From NCBI GenBank assembly GCA_050050395.1, contig JASFUG010000002.1, positions 1-36,359 on the forward strand: DNA of 36,359 nt, written 5' to 3'. Below are positions 24,608 through 35,052 of the stretch, one piece after another (positions within the stretch are counted from its first letter, which is position 1; every line of letters begins with the position of its first letter). The position numbers and the translations under genes are program-made. This DNA comes from Nitrospirota bacterium. Its GTDB lineage: Bacteria; CG2-30-53-67; CG2-30-70-394. The notes under the pieces were generated by a model that was not told where the DNA came from, did no database searches, and worked only from the letters and a program-made list of their open reading frames with translations.

Positions 24608-25912
24608 TCATCGGGCATCGTCATCCCCCCGGTCCTGCATCTCCAGCCAGCCGCGTCCGAGCACCGGACGGAGCAACTTGTTGAAGGTCGCCTCGTCCAT
24701 CGTCGCCAGGCGCTGGTATTTCTCCACGTAGTTGCGCCATGCGGTCTGCTTCATTCCGGGCAGGTTCTTGCGCGACATGGCCAGGGGGCCGAGCTTCACC
24801 TCTTCCCCCCCTGCCTCCTTCTCGAGGCGCTTGGGCTCCACCTCGCTGAGCACCTCGCGCACGCACCGCTTGAGGCCGTGCAGCAGGCCGATCTGATGGC
24901 GCAGACAGTCCTCGGTCGCCTCGCGCAAAGCGCCGAGGGCCTCGTCGGCGTCCGGGCACTCGACTGGGTCGAGGAGGTAGTCTAGCACCGCCCCGGGCTC
25001 CTGGCCCGTGGCGCGCAGCTTCACCCTGTTGGTGCCAAGGCCGTGAAACCGCGTCGCCGAGGCGTCATAGGCGACCTCGAACTCCCGGCGCCCCTGGAGC
25101 AACGCGCCCAGGCCGTCGAGGAGCAGGACGACCACTCGCTCCAGGCGCTCGGCCGCGAGGGCCTGCCACTCGGGGGCACTCGGCAGATCGGTGCGACGCA
25201 AGAGGCGAGCGAGCAACGAGGGAAGATCGCGCACCGCGCCGAGATCCGGCGGCGGCACCTCCTCCTCCGCCTCCGCCTCCGGTGCCTGGCCGCGCTCGGC
25301 GACGAGCCGTGCATACTCCCGGTCGGGGAACTCGCCGCGCAGGGCGGCGACCACGGCGCTCGCCTCCTCGTCAGTCAGCGGGTCGAGGTGCTCGTGGAGG
25401 ATGCCGTCGAGCGATGTGGCGCGCTCGGCGCCGTGCGCTCGGGACGCCTCACCCAGGGCAGCAGCGAGCCGTCGTACGCGGCGGCGCAGCACCATCGCCG
25501 GATCCGGCCCGGCCGCCGCTGCCGGCTCGGGAATCTCCTCGCTGGGAACGAAGATTCGCGTCCCAAAGTCCTTCTTCGCGGTCACCTCCGCCCCCTCCTC
25601 GTCCGTGGCGAGGTGGAGGGTATAAGTGGCCAGTCCGATCCGGTCGCCGGCCACGAACACCTCCGGTTCGTTGGCAGCCAGGGGATGACCATTGAGTGTC
25701 GAGCCGTTGGTGGACCCGACATCCGTGATCCAGTACTGGTTGCCGCGGAACTCCACGCGTGCGTGGTGAGTGGAGATCACGCGGTTACGATCCTCGATTA
25801 CCAGGTCGTTGTCGTGGCCACGACCGATGGTGATCACGTCCGCCTCCGACTCGAAGCGGTAAGGCGGGGTGCCCGCCTCGGCGGGCGGCTGAATGGTGAG
25901 GGAGATGGCCAT
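24608..25912 (-). CDS. tagH: T6SS-associated FHA-domain protein (Fha/TagH)
   Basis: 434 aa. The N-terminal FHA domain reads ITIGRGHDNDLVIEDRNRVISTHHARVEFRGNQYWITDVGSTNGSTLNG. It sits directly upstream of tssJ, as in P. aeruginosa H1-type clusters. Confidence 0.85.
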   Translation of the reverse strand: MAISLTIQPPAEAGTPPYRFESEADVITIGRGHDNDLVIEDRNRVISTHHARVEFRGNQYWITDVGSTNGSTLNGHPLAANEPEVFVAGDRIGLATYTLHLATDEEGAEVTAKKDFGTRIFVPSEEIPEPAAAAGPDPAMVLRRRVRRLAAALGEASRAHGAERATSLDGILHEHLDPLTDEEASAVVAALRGEFPDREYARLVAERGQAPEAEAEEEVPPPDLGAVRDLPSLLARLLRRTDLPSAPEWQALAAERLERVVVLLLDGLGALLQGRREFEVAYDASATRFHGLGTNRVKLRATGQEPGAVLDYLLDPVECPDADEALGALREATEDCLRHQIGLLHGLKRCVREVLSEVEPKRLEKEAGGEEVKLGPLAMSRKNLPGMKQTAWRNYVEKYQRLATMDEATFNKLLRPVLGRGWLEMQDRGDDDAR

Positions 25913-26076
25913 GGGCTACAGGGGAGTAGGCAGTGGAGGACAGACAGTAGATAGGGTGGAACGCATCGCGTCCAATCGCTAGTGGATCCGACCAGTATAA
26001 AGTCCACTCCACCGGCGGTGGCATCGAGCTCCGGCCATGCGACGGTCCCCTCTGTCCGCTGTCGACTACCTGCTGT

Positions 26077-28119
26077 CTACGTGTCGGGCCACAGCGAGCT
26101 CTCCGCGCTTGCGGCACCCGTTGGCTCCCCGTCGTCGCCACTCAAGAAACGGTCGAGTGACTCCTGCACGGCGCGATGGAAGGGATCGCCTCCGAACAGA
26201 TGCGCTCGAACCCGGGTGGCGAGGGCGTGGAGTACTGCGATGGCGCGATCGATTGGGCCGCGGGGAAACTCCCGCTCGTAATCGCCGCGGTGGGCACAGA
26301 AGCCGAAGCCGGGACGCCACAGCAGGAGGCGAAAACCGAACAGGAGCAGCTCCTCCCACAGCAGTTCGGGGCAACCGGCCCGATGTTGGCGTCGATCATC
26401 CTCCCGATAGAGGCAGGCCAGGGGCGAGAAGAGGTCGCCGCGCGCAGCGATCTCCTCACACAGTGTCTCCCGGATCCCGTCGCCATCCGCGGCGACCCGT
26501 GCCCGATCGGCAACCGCGTCGCACGCCTCGACCACGGCGGCGGCCGACTGCCGATCGTTGACCAGCAGGCCGTGCAGCCACAGCCGACCGAGGCTGAAGA
26601 GGTCGCACGGTACGTGCAGGGTCGGATAGTGGAAGCATCCGACCTCCGGCAAGACCTCGCCCCGCGCCTTGGTCAGGACCTTCCCGGCCGCCGCCGGCAA
26701 CGTGCCGACGACGCGCATCTCCCCACGCTGCGCCTGGGTGACGCGGCCCCACAGGGCGACCTCCTGAATCCCAAGGCTCGGGGCATTGAGCTGGAGCAGC
26801 AGGCCGTCATTGACTACCGCCTCGAGTGGACCTCCACGCACCGTCGCCTCGAACTCGTCGCCGGTGGCCGACTCGATCCGCACGGTCGCGCGTTCTCCGT
26901 GACCCGCCTGACCGGCGACCACGGGGGGCGCGGCGAATGCCTGCCGAACCTCTCGCGGTGCCTGGAAGAGGCCGGTCGGGCCGTCCGCGGCGGCTATCGT
27001 CAGGGGCTGCGCGCCGCCCGGGCCGAGGACGCTTACCGACGTCCCCCAGCGGGACGGCATGTCACCCGGGCGTGGATGGAGGCGCGCCATGATGTTGGAC
27101 GGCTCAAGCCGCAGATGGGGCGCCAGCAGGATCTCGTGCACCGCGGCCACTCCTTCGAGGAGCTCGCGGAAGGCCGTGATCTTGAGATGCAGCACCTCGA
27201 GCGGAAAGGCGCCGGCGTGGTCATCAGCGAACAGGTACTGGCGCCCCCCTCGAAACGGCTCCGCCACCGCCGCCAGGGCGTGCCGCCGCGCCGCGTATGC
27301 CCCTCCGGCCAGGCGTTCGGCGAGAAACTCGTCCCATCCCTGGCCTCCAAGGAGAGCCATGTGCTCATCGAAGTGCAGGTGCAGCAGCTCCAGCGGTAGT
27401 GCGTCCGCGGCATGCATCGCCACGGGCGTCAGTCGCTCCGAGGCGACGCCCAGTCCTGCGGAGGGAAAGCACCGGGAGACCTGATCACAATCGACACACG
27501 GCACAACCCCCGGGTCGCGGCTCACCACGTTGGCGCCGAGATCATCGGTCCATCGAGCGAAGTCACGTAGGTCCGCATCGTGTCGTCCGATGTCTTCGAC
27601 CGTGCTGGCGGAGTAGGTCACAAGCCGCGTCCCTTGCGGGCAGGACGGGCAAACGAGGAAGACGTGATCCGCAGACGTGGGGTTCGGAAGCCCCGCCGAC
27701 TCCAGCAGCCGCTCGTCGTCGCACTCGCTGAGGGGTGTACCACACGTGGGACAGACCAGGGGAAAGGCGGCCCACTTCTCGATACAGAGGACGATGCCGC
27801 GACCACCGCCGAGGAGGGCGTCTCCGGCCAGCGGCAACGGATGCACGATGGACGGCGTCGATGCGAGTAGCCGGAGGGAGGCAGAGCCGCGTCGCCACGT
27901 CTCGCGAACCTCCTCCTGGGTAATGGCTGGACCGCTCAGGGCACGACGTGGCCGATCCCTGCGCAGTTTCAGCGCCACGGGGATCAGCGTCTCATCGCCC
28001 GACGCGACGCGTGCCAGGAGCACACGCGCCTGGCCGCCCGCGTCGCTCAAAACCATGAACGGCGCAGCACCCTCACCCGGCACCAACTCGAAGCGCATCA
28101 TCCCATCCTGCGCGGTCAT
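26077..28119 (-). CDS. Divergent protein-kinase-like protein (probable pseudokinase) with inserted CxxC...CxxC zinc ribbon
   Basis: The ATG at 28119 is preceded by GGGGGAG. Kinase-like landmarks were read from the translation. IPVALKL resembles the VAIK beta-3 Lys motif. VHEILLAPHLRLEPSNIM (nt 27094..27117 encode HLRLEPSN) aligns to HRDLKPSN, but the catalytic Asp position is Arg. CDLFSLGRLWLHGLL (nt 26587..26604 encode DLFSLG) is subdomain-IX-like. VCPTCG...VCPSCPQG (nt 27640..27753) is inserted between the Lys motif and the catalytic-loop-like motif. The family call is tentative; the CDS itself is well supported. Confidence 0.7.
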   Translation of the reverse strand: MTAQDGMMRFELVPGEGAAPFMVLSDAGGQARVLLARVASGDETLIPVALKLRRDRPRRALSGPAITQEEVRETWRRGSASLRLLASTPSIVHPLPLAGDALLGGGRGIVLCIEKWAAFPLVCPTCGTPLSECDDERLLESAGLPNPTSADHVFLVCPSCPQGTRLVTYSASTVEDIGRHDADLRDFARWTDDLGANVVSRDPGVVPCVDCDQVSRCFPSAGLGVASERLTPVAMHAADALPLELLHLHFDEHMALLGGQGWDEFLAERLAGGAYAARRHALAAVAEPFRGGRQYLFADDHAGAFPLEVLHLKITAFRELLEGVAAVHEILLAPHLRLEPSNIMARLHPRPGDMPSRWGTSVSVLGPGGAQPLTIAAADGPTGLFQAPREVRQAFAAPPVVAGQAGHGERATVRIESATGDEFEATVRGGPLEAVVNDGLLLQLNAPSLGIQEVALWGRVTQAQRGEMRVVGTLPAAAGKVLTKARGEVLPEVGCFHYPTLHVPCDLFSLGRLWLHGLLVNDRQSAAAVVEACDAVADRARVAADGDGIRETLCEEIAARGDLFSPLACLYREDDRRQHRAGCPELLWEELLLFGFRLLLWRPGFGFCAHRGDYEREFPRGPIDRAIAVLHALATRVRAHLFGGDPFHRAVQESLDRFLSGDDGEPTGAASAESSLWPDT

Positions 28120-28269
28120 CAATGGCTCCCCCGAACTTCAATCGCCCGCAGAGGCAGCGGACCGACGAAACATGACACGTTCTCTCGCAGGCAAACAACT
28201 ACAGCGGCCGTACGGTCATTCCCTCCGTCTGTAGTCTGTATCTATACCTGCTAGCACCGCCGCTTTCCC

Positions 28270-28812
28270 TCATCGGCCCGCGTGGCAACCAATGAAATGC
28301 ATGGGATGGACGCCATCATCGAGCTCGCCGTCGGAGACCACGAAAAACGCCCCATCCCAGCCAGAATAGAACCTTCGCTCGCGGGGCATCGCCCCGAACA
28401 GTACAGGATAGAGATTCCTGGAAGCTGCCAACGATGACAACGGGTAGGTAGGCGATGACTGGATTCTCCGCCCACGCGTGGGAGACGGTACCGATGTCGT
28501 CGGCGCGTAACAATGCGACGGCCGGGTCCGAGAGCCATTGTCGACAGTGAGCGGCGTCCACTTCCTTAGCGACTTTTGCATGCATCGCTCCATGCACAAC
28601 CCCTTGATCACGAGGTCGCGGGGCTCCATCGCCGCGCTGCAGCGCGTCGTTCGCGGTGACCGCGGAGTGGCAACAAACAGCATCTTCCGGTAGAAATACC
28701 ACGCGCCTCGCAGCTGGATGCGCTCAGTCGTGGAGGTAGACGGTGTTGCCACCGAGGCCTTCGCACCACGTCCAAAGACCGCCGCCGTCGAGGTCAAGAG
28801 TGATAACGACAA
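28270..28812 (-). pseudogene. Possible frameshifted or decayed gene remnant in a lower-GC spacer
   Basis: Three overlapping minus-strand ORFs (28270..28812, 28316..28702, 28251..28538) each contain protein-like stretches, for example RVVFLPEDAVCCHSAVTANDAL...GTVSHAWAENPVIAYLPVVIVGSFQE in one frame and NLYPVLFGAMPRERRFYSGWDGAFFVVSDGELDDGVHPMHFIGCHAG in another. No single frame is convincing and I recognised no family. Confidence 0.25.
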
Positions 28813-28960
28813 TGGTATCGATGGGCGTCGCCCCGGGACCGGCGTCTCCCCGCTTTACTGCACCGGCAGGCTGCCAACCCCGGAGAGCTTTCTCTCACCC
28901 CTGCCCGCGAGTATCGTCGACGCCACTCATAACCTAACCCAACGTTTCAAGGGAGAATCC

Positions 28961-29572
28961 ATGGAAGGTTCCACACCGCGTTCCGCCGGTGACGACGCTG
29001 CCGTCGCGACCCTCGACCGTTTCATCAGCGAGCGGTCCGTCGACACATCTCAAACAAACTGGAAGCTGGAGCTGCCCGAACCCCCGTGCGCGTCCTTCGA
29101 CGCGGATACGCAATACCTCTGGCACCTAGAGACCAATCAAGGCGACATGGTGGTTCGTCTGATGCCGGAGGTCGCGCCGATGCATGTCTCCAGCACGATC
29201 TACCTGACGCGCCTCGGCTTCTACGACGGCCTCTCCTTCCACCGGGTGATCACCGGATTCATGGCGCAGGGAGGATGCCCGCGCGGCACGGGCACCGGCG
29301 GGCCGGGCTACCAGTACGACGGCGAGTTCGATCCGTCCGTGCGTCACAACCGGCCGGGCCTGCTCAGCATGGCCAATGCCGGTCCCGGCACCGACGGGAG
29401 TCAGTTCTTTCTCACCTTCGTCGCGACGCCGTGGCTGGACGGGAAGCACACCATCTTCGGCGAAGTCGTCGAGGGCGTGGAGACCCTGCAGGCGCTGGAG
29501 AAGCGTGGTTCACAGAGCGGGCGCACCGACGAGCCGTTGGAGATCCGTCGCGCTACCATCGCCGTCGGCTGA
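28961..29572 (+). CDS. Cyclophilin-type peptidyl-prolyl cis-trans isomerase
   Basis: The internal ATG at 28961 is preceded by GGGAGA. FHRVITGFMAQGGCP.GTGTGGPGY....E......H.RPGLLSMANAGPGTDGSQFFLTF..TPWLDGKHTIFGEVVEG is the canonical cyclophilin core. Confidence 0.9.
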   Translation: MEGSTPRSAGDDAAVATLDRFISERSVDTSQTNWKLELPEPPCASFDADTQYLWHLETNQGDMVVRLMPEVAPMHVSSTIYLTRLGFYDGLSFHRVITGFMAQGGCPRGTGTGGPGYQYDGEFDPSVRHNRPGLLSMANAGPGTDGSQFFLTFVATPWLDGKHTIFGEVVEGVETLQALEKRGSQSGRTDEPLEIRRATIAVG

Positions 29573-29612
29573 CACGCGACACTGGGATGTCTCGTGGCCA
29601 CCGGCCAACGAC

Positions 29613-30296
29613 TCACCGCGGCGTGTCGGTATAGAGCACACTGCCGTCCGCCATGTGGACGGCGAAGATCCGGGTCGGCATGGCGCCATGCCTCTGCCGC
29701 CAGTCGCCCTGTGGGTAGAGACGCCGCACCTGCCGCAGATAGCTCTCGGTCTCCGCGAAGGGCGGGACACCGCCGAAGGCCTCGACCCGTTCCGGCCCGG
29801 CGTTATATGCAGCGAGCGCCAGGTTGAGGTCACCGAACCGATCCCACAGCCGCCGCAGGTACAACGCGCCGGCCCGGATGTTCTCCTCGGGATCGAACGG
29901 GTCCTCCACACCCATCTCGGCGGCGGTCGCAGGCATGAGCTGCATCAGGCCCAGCGCGCCCTTCGGCGAGCGTGCCGACGGCTGGTAAGCGGACTCGACG
30001 GCGATCACCGCGTGTAACAACCCGGCGTCGATGCCGGCCGCCGTGGAGGCCTGTCCCACCTCCCACGCGAACTTTCCGCTCGGTCGCTGACGGTACGCCA
30101 CCTGCGCCTCCGTCCGGCCACCGCGCGAGGCTGGATCGGCGATCGGGTGCTGCCCGGGAGCGAGCGGCCGATCAGAAAAATGCAGGGTCCCATCCGGTGC
30201 GCGATAGCGATAGATCTCGGTCGCCATGACGGACGTGGACCAACACGCTACCAGGCCCGCGAGGCACACCATCGCGCGCTGTGTTCGAGCCCCCAT
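29613..30296 (-). CDS. Soluble lytic transglycosylase (SLT domain) with N-terminal DUF4124-like module and signal peptide
   Basis: The ATG at 30296 gives MGARTQRAMVCLAGLVACWSTSVMA-TEIYRYRAPDGTLHFSD (DUF4124-like). It is followed by LLHAVIAVESAYQPSARSPKGALGLMQLMPATA...ALAAYNAGP, which carries the SLT catalytic Glu-Ser, GLMQ and AYNAG motifs. Confidence 0.85.
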   Translation of the reverse strand: MGARTQRAMVCLAGLVACWSTSVMATEIYRYRAPDGTLHFSDRPLAPGQHPIADPASRGGRTEAQVAYRQRPSGKFAWEVGQASTAAGIDAGLLHAVIAVESAYQPSARSPKGALGLMQLMPATAAEMGVEDPFDPEENIRAGALYLRRLWDRFGDLNLALAAYNAGPERVEAFGGVPPFAETESYLRQVRRLYPQGDWRQRHGAMPTRIFAVHMADGSVLYTDTPR

Positions 30297-30381
30297 GCCT
30301 CGCCTATCGGCATCCCCGTCCCGGTGGTGAACATGGGGCCCCACCCGGTAGGCCCCGACGCGCCGCGCGTCGGCGCACCCA

Positions 30382-31482
30382 TCAAACGCTAAGCATCCGT
30401 TCCAGCGCCACGCGTGCCCAGTGCTTGTCCTCCTCCGGCACGGTGATCTGGTTCACCACCTCACCGGCGGCCAGCGACTCCAGGGTCCACGTGAAGTGCG
30501 GTAGATCGATGCGGTACATGGTCGAACAGAAGCACTGCATCGGCGCGAGGAAATCGATCTGATGCTCCGGATGCTCCTTGGCCAGCCGCGAAACGAGGTT
30601 GAGCTCCGTGCCGATCGCGAAGTGGGTCGCCGGCGGAGCCGCCTGGATGGCCTTGACGATGTACTCGGTCGAGCCGTACGCGTCCGCCTTCTGCACCACC
30701 TCCCGGCAGCACTCCGGATGAACGACGATACGCACGTTCGGATCACGCTCCCGCGCGAGGTCCACGTGCTCCGGGCGGAAGAGCTGGTGCACGCTGCAAT
30801 ACCCCGACCATAGGATCACCCGTGCACGGCTGATCGCCTCCGGCGTATTGCCGCCGAGAGGCTGCTCCGGATCCCAAACCACCATCTCGTCATCCGGGAT
30901 CCCCATGGCGGTCGCCGTATTGCGGCCCAGGTGCTGATCCGGGAAGAACAATACCCGCGGCCGCCGCGAAAACGCCCAGTCCAGGACCCGCGGCGCGTTG
31001 GACGAGGTACATACGGTGCCGCCGTTCTCGCCGCAGAACGCCTTCAGATCCGCCGCGGAGTTGATGTACGTGACCGGGGTGATCCCGTCATTCGGCACCA
31101 CCGTGCCGAGCTCGTCCCAGGCGTCGATCACCTGGTCGTAGCTCGCCATGTCCGCCATCGAGCATCCGGCGGTCAGGTCGGGCAAGACCACCTGCTGGCT
31201 GCCCTGGCGCAGGATATCCGCAACCTCTGCCATGAAATGGACGCCGCAAAAGACGATAAACTCGGCGTCGGCCTGGAGCGCCGCCTGTTGGGAAAGCTTC
31301 AACGAATCCCCCAGGAAGTCGGCGTACCGCACGACCTTTTCCTGCTGGTAGTGATGACCAAGGATCACCGCCCGGCTGCCCAGCGCCTCCCGCGCCGCCT
31401 GCGCACGCGCATGCAACTCCTCCTCCGGAAGGAGCCCAAGATCGCGAACTGAAACCTGTAAAACCGCCACGGCGGCCTCCAA
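30382..31482 (-). CDS. nadA: Quinolinate synthase NadA
   Basis: 366 aa. ...AVILGHHYQ....V..ADFLGDSL.LS..A......FIVFCGVHFMAE.A.IL... and later conserved Cys positions are typical of NadA. The start is uncertain (TTG 31482 or GTG 31470). Confidence 0.9.
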   Translation of the reverse strand: MEAAVAVLQVSVRDLGLLPEEELHARAQAAREALGSRAVILGHHYQQEKVVRYADFLGDSLKLSQQAALQADAEFIVFCGVHFMAEVADILRQGSQQVVLPDLTAGCSMADMASYDQVIDAWDELGTVVPNDGITPVTYINSAADLKAFCGENGGTVCTSSNAPRVLDWAFSRRPRVLFFPDQHLGRNTATAMGIPDDEMVVWDPEQPLGGNTPEAISRARVILWSGYCSVHQLFRPEHVDLARERDPNVRIVVHPECCREVVQKADAYGSTEYIVKAIQAAPPATHFAIGTELNLVSRLAKEHPEHQIDFLAPMQCFCSTMYRIDLPHFTWTLESLAAGEVVNQITVPEEDKHWARVALERMLSV

Positions 31483-31541
31483 GTGGTTGATAAGTGAGGA
31501 TGGTATGGGGGCACCGCGAGCAAGTCAAAGCAAGGGACACC

Positions 31542-31568
31542 GGTGCGCCGCCCGTCTGTTGGCGCACC

Positions 31569-31574
<6 letters not shown>
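31542..31574 (-). repeat. REP-like hairpin element (third copy) abutting the stop codon of the response-regulator gene
   Basis: The sequence is GGTGCGCCgcccgtctgttGGCGCACCctacgg, a perfect 8-bp stem with an 11-nt loop. The 16 nt ttggcgcaccctacgg are identical to 22639..22654. Confidence 0.5.
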
Positions 31575-32939
<1,365 letters not shown>

Positions 32940-32973
32940 GGCGCGATGACCTGGCTTTCTGTGGCCTGCACGT

Positions 32974-34086
32974 TCAGGCAAGGGACGCCGCCGCTTCCGG
33001 CAGGTAGACATCAAATCGAGCGCCGCCCTCGGGTCGGTTCGCCACCTCGATGGTGCCCCCGTGGTCCGCGACGATGCGGTGACAGATCGCCAGACCGAGC
33101 CCGGTCCCCTCCTCCCGGGTGGTGTAGAACGGGTTGAAGACACGGTCGATGTCCTGCGCCGAAATCCCTGGGCCATCATCGCAGACGGTCATCCGGACCT
33201 GCTTCGTGCGGAAGCCCGGCGCATGACCGCCAGACACACGATCGAGCTGGATCTCCAGTCGCCCACCCGTGCCGATCGCCTGCAAGCCGTTGCGCACCAG
33301 GTTCCAGACCACCTGGCGCAGCAGATCCTCGTCGCCGGCGACCGCCGGCAGGTCGACGGGATCCACCACGTCGACTGTGACGTTGCGCTCCGCCGCCTGC
33401 GCGGCGAGGAGCGCCACCGTGTCGCGCACGCACGCCGCGAGTGCCAGGGGGCGCAGCTCCGGGGGCCGCGGCCGGGCAAAGGTGAGAAAGTCGGTGAGGA
33501 CCCGGTCGAGTCGCCCAGTCTCCTCGGTGAGGATCGTCAGCAACCGATCGCGGTCGGCGTCGGGAAGATCGCCGTCGCTGAGGATCTGCGCCGCGCCCTT
33601 GATCGAACCGAGGGGGTTACGGATCTCGTGGGCAAGACCTGCGGAGAGCTGGCCGACGGCGGCCAGCCGCTCACCGCGACGCAGCTCCCCCTCCAGCGCC
33701 TCGCGCTCCTCCAGGGTACGGCGCAGGCTGGCCGCGGTGTGCTGATGGTCGCGTTTCTCGCGCCGCTCGCGCTCCACCAGCAGACCGGTCACCACGCCCA
33801 CGACATTGTAGAGGAGCACCTCCAACCCCTTGTCGATCGGTGCTGCGGGGTCGTGGGAGATGTGACCCAAGGCATGGGGGAGGTAGGCAGCGGTGGTGAT
33901 CAAGGCCGCGCCGACGCCACCACGCAGGCCGTAGCTGAACGCCGCGAGGATGATCGGCAGGTAGTAGAGGCGGCGAAAGATGTCATGCGGGAGCTGGGTC
34001 GTCGCGCTCGCCGTGTAGTGGGCAACGCTCACCGCCACGATCAGCAGAGCGGGCAGCAGCCAACCCCAGGGACGTGCCGGGACCAT
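32974..34086 (-). CDS. Membrane-embedded sensor histidine kinase (HisKA + HATPase_c), no obvious periplasmic domain
   Basis: It has the H-box LSAGLAHEIRNPLGSIKG and ATPase G-boxes (FNPFYTTREEGTGLGLAICHRIV). Four hydrophobic segments lie at the N-terminus. The start is either ATG 34086 (preferred, with GGCGAGG upstream) or GTG 34176. Confidence 0.85.
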   Translation of the reverse strand: MVPARPWGWLLPALLIVAVSVAHYTASATTQLPHDIFRRLYYLPIILAAFSYGLRGGVGAALITTAAYLPHALGHISHDPAAPIDKGLEVLLYNVVGVVTGLLVERERREKRDHQHTAASLRRTLEEREALEGELRRGERLAAVGQLSAGLAHEIRNPLGSIKGAAQILSDGDLPDADRDRLLTILTEETGRLDRVLTDFLTFARPRPPELRPLALAACVRDTVALLAAQAAERNVTVDVVDPVDLPAVAGDEDLLRQVVWNLVRNGLQAIGTGGRLEIQLDRVSGGHAPGFRTKQVRMTVCDDGPGISAQDIDRVFNPFYTTREEGTGLGLAICHRIVADHGGTIEVANRPEGGARFDVYLPEAAASLA

Positions 34087-34179
34087 GGCCTCGCCCCCAC
34101 CTGGCAGGAGGCCACCCTCCGACCACGGTTCGGTCACGGTGCGGGAATCGGTTGGGGCCGCCACCTGGACCAGCACTTC

Positions 34180-35052
34180 TCAGATCAGCTTGGTCAGCGG
34201 GTATTCGATGATCCCCTCGGCCCCGACTCCCAGGAGCTTCGGGATGAGGTCGCGCACCGTCGTCTCGGCCGCCACCGTTTCCACCGAGTACCAGTCGCCA
34301 TCGTACAGCGCGGAGACCGTGGGGGCGTGCAGGCTGGGCAGCAACGCCACCACCCGCTCCAAATTCGCCTGCGCCACGTTCAACTTCAATCCGACCATCC
34401 CCTCGGCATGGAGGGCCGACTTGAGGAGCATGGCGATCTGCTCGATCTTGGTGCGCCGCCACGGATCGTCCCACGCACCCGGATTCGCGATCAGCTTGGT
34501 GTTGGTCACCAGCATCTCGTGGATGATGCGCAGGCCGTGGGCCTTGATGGTTGAGCCTGTCTCCGTGATCTCCACGATCGCGTCCACCAACCCCTCCACC
34601 ACCTTCGCCTCCGTTGCGCCCCAGGAGAACTCCACCTCGACATCGATGCCCTGCTCCGTGAAGTAACGGCGCGTGTAGTTGAGGAGCTCGGTCGAGATGC
34701 GCTTGCCACGGAGATCGGCGAGGGTTTCGTAGGCGGAGTCCCCGGCCACCGCCACCACCCAGCGCGCCGGCTTCGAGCTCGCCTTGGAGTAGACCAGATC
34801 CGCCACCTCGACCACCCGGGAGTCGTTCTCCAGAATCCAGTCAAGGCCGGTGAGCCCCATGTCGAGGGTGCCGTCTTCCACGTAGCGCGCCATCTCCTGG
34901 GCGCGTACCAGGGCGCACGAGATCTCCGCGTCGTCGATCGACGGGTAGTAATTTCGCGAGTGGACGCGGATCCTCCAGCCGGCCTTGCGAAACAATTCAA
35001 TGGTAGCGTCCTGCAGGCTACCTTTGGGCAGCCCCAACTTGAGCTGGCTCAC
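34180..35052 (-). CDS. hisG: ATP phosphoribosyltransferase, long form (HisG with C-terminal regulatory domain)
   Basis: The GTG at 35052 is preceded by AAGGAG about 6 nt upstream and gives [25 protein letters not shown]... The HisG catalytic core is followed by a HisG_C-like tail. The longer ATG-35121 form lacks a Shine-Dalgarno sequence. Confidence 0.9.
   Translation of the reverse strand: MSQLKLGLPKGSLQDATIELFRKAGWRIRVHSRNYYPSIDDAEISCALVRAQEMARYVEDGTLDMGLTGLDWILENDSRVVEVADLVYSKASSKPARWVVAVAGDSAYETLADLRGKRISTELLNYTRRYFTEQGIDVEVEFSWGATEAKVVEGLVDAIVEITETGSTIKAHGLRIIHEMLVTNTKLIANPGAWDDPWRRTKIEQIAMLLKSALHAEGMVGLKLNVAQANLERVVALLPSLHAPTVSALYDGDWYSVETVAAETTVRDLIPKLLGVGAEGIIEYPLTKLI

Noticed and set aside
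25913-26076. Promoter between the kinase-like gene and fha (TATACT at 25999..25994 on minus)
   Set aside because: There is a -10-like hexamer only. The sequence 17 nt upstream is a poor -35, and no sigma54 match is present.
26800-26900. Possible PilZ-like c-di-GMP motif in the kinase-like protein (RATVR ... VVNDGLLLQL)
   Set aside because: An RxxxR is present, but the second motif does not fit D/NxSxxG because it has no Ser or Gly at the required positions. This is too weak to claim.
30355-30373. Hairpin ccgacgcg-ccg-cgcgtcgg 9 nt after the nadA stop
   Set aside because: The 8-bp stem is real, but it has a 3-nt loop and no U-tract, so it is not a convincing intrinsic terminator. It may be a degenerate REP relative.
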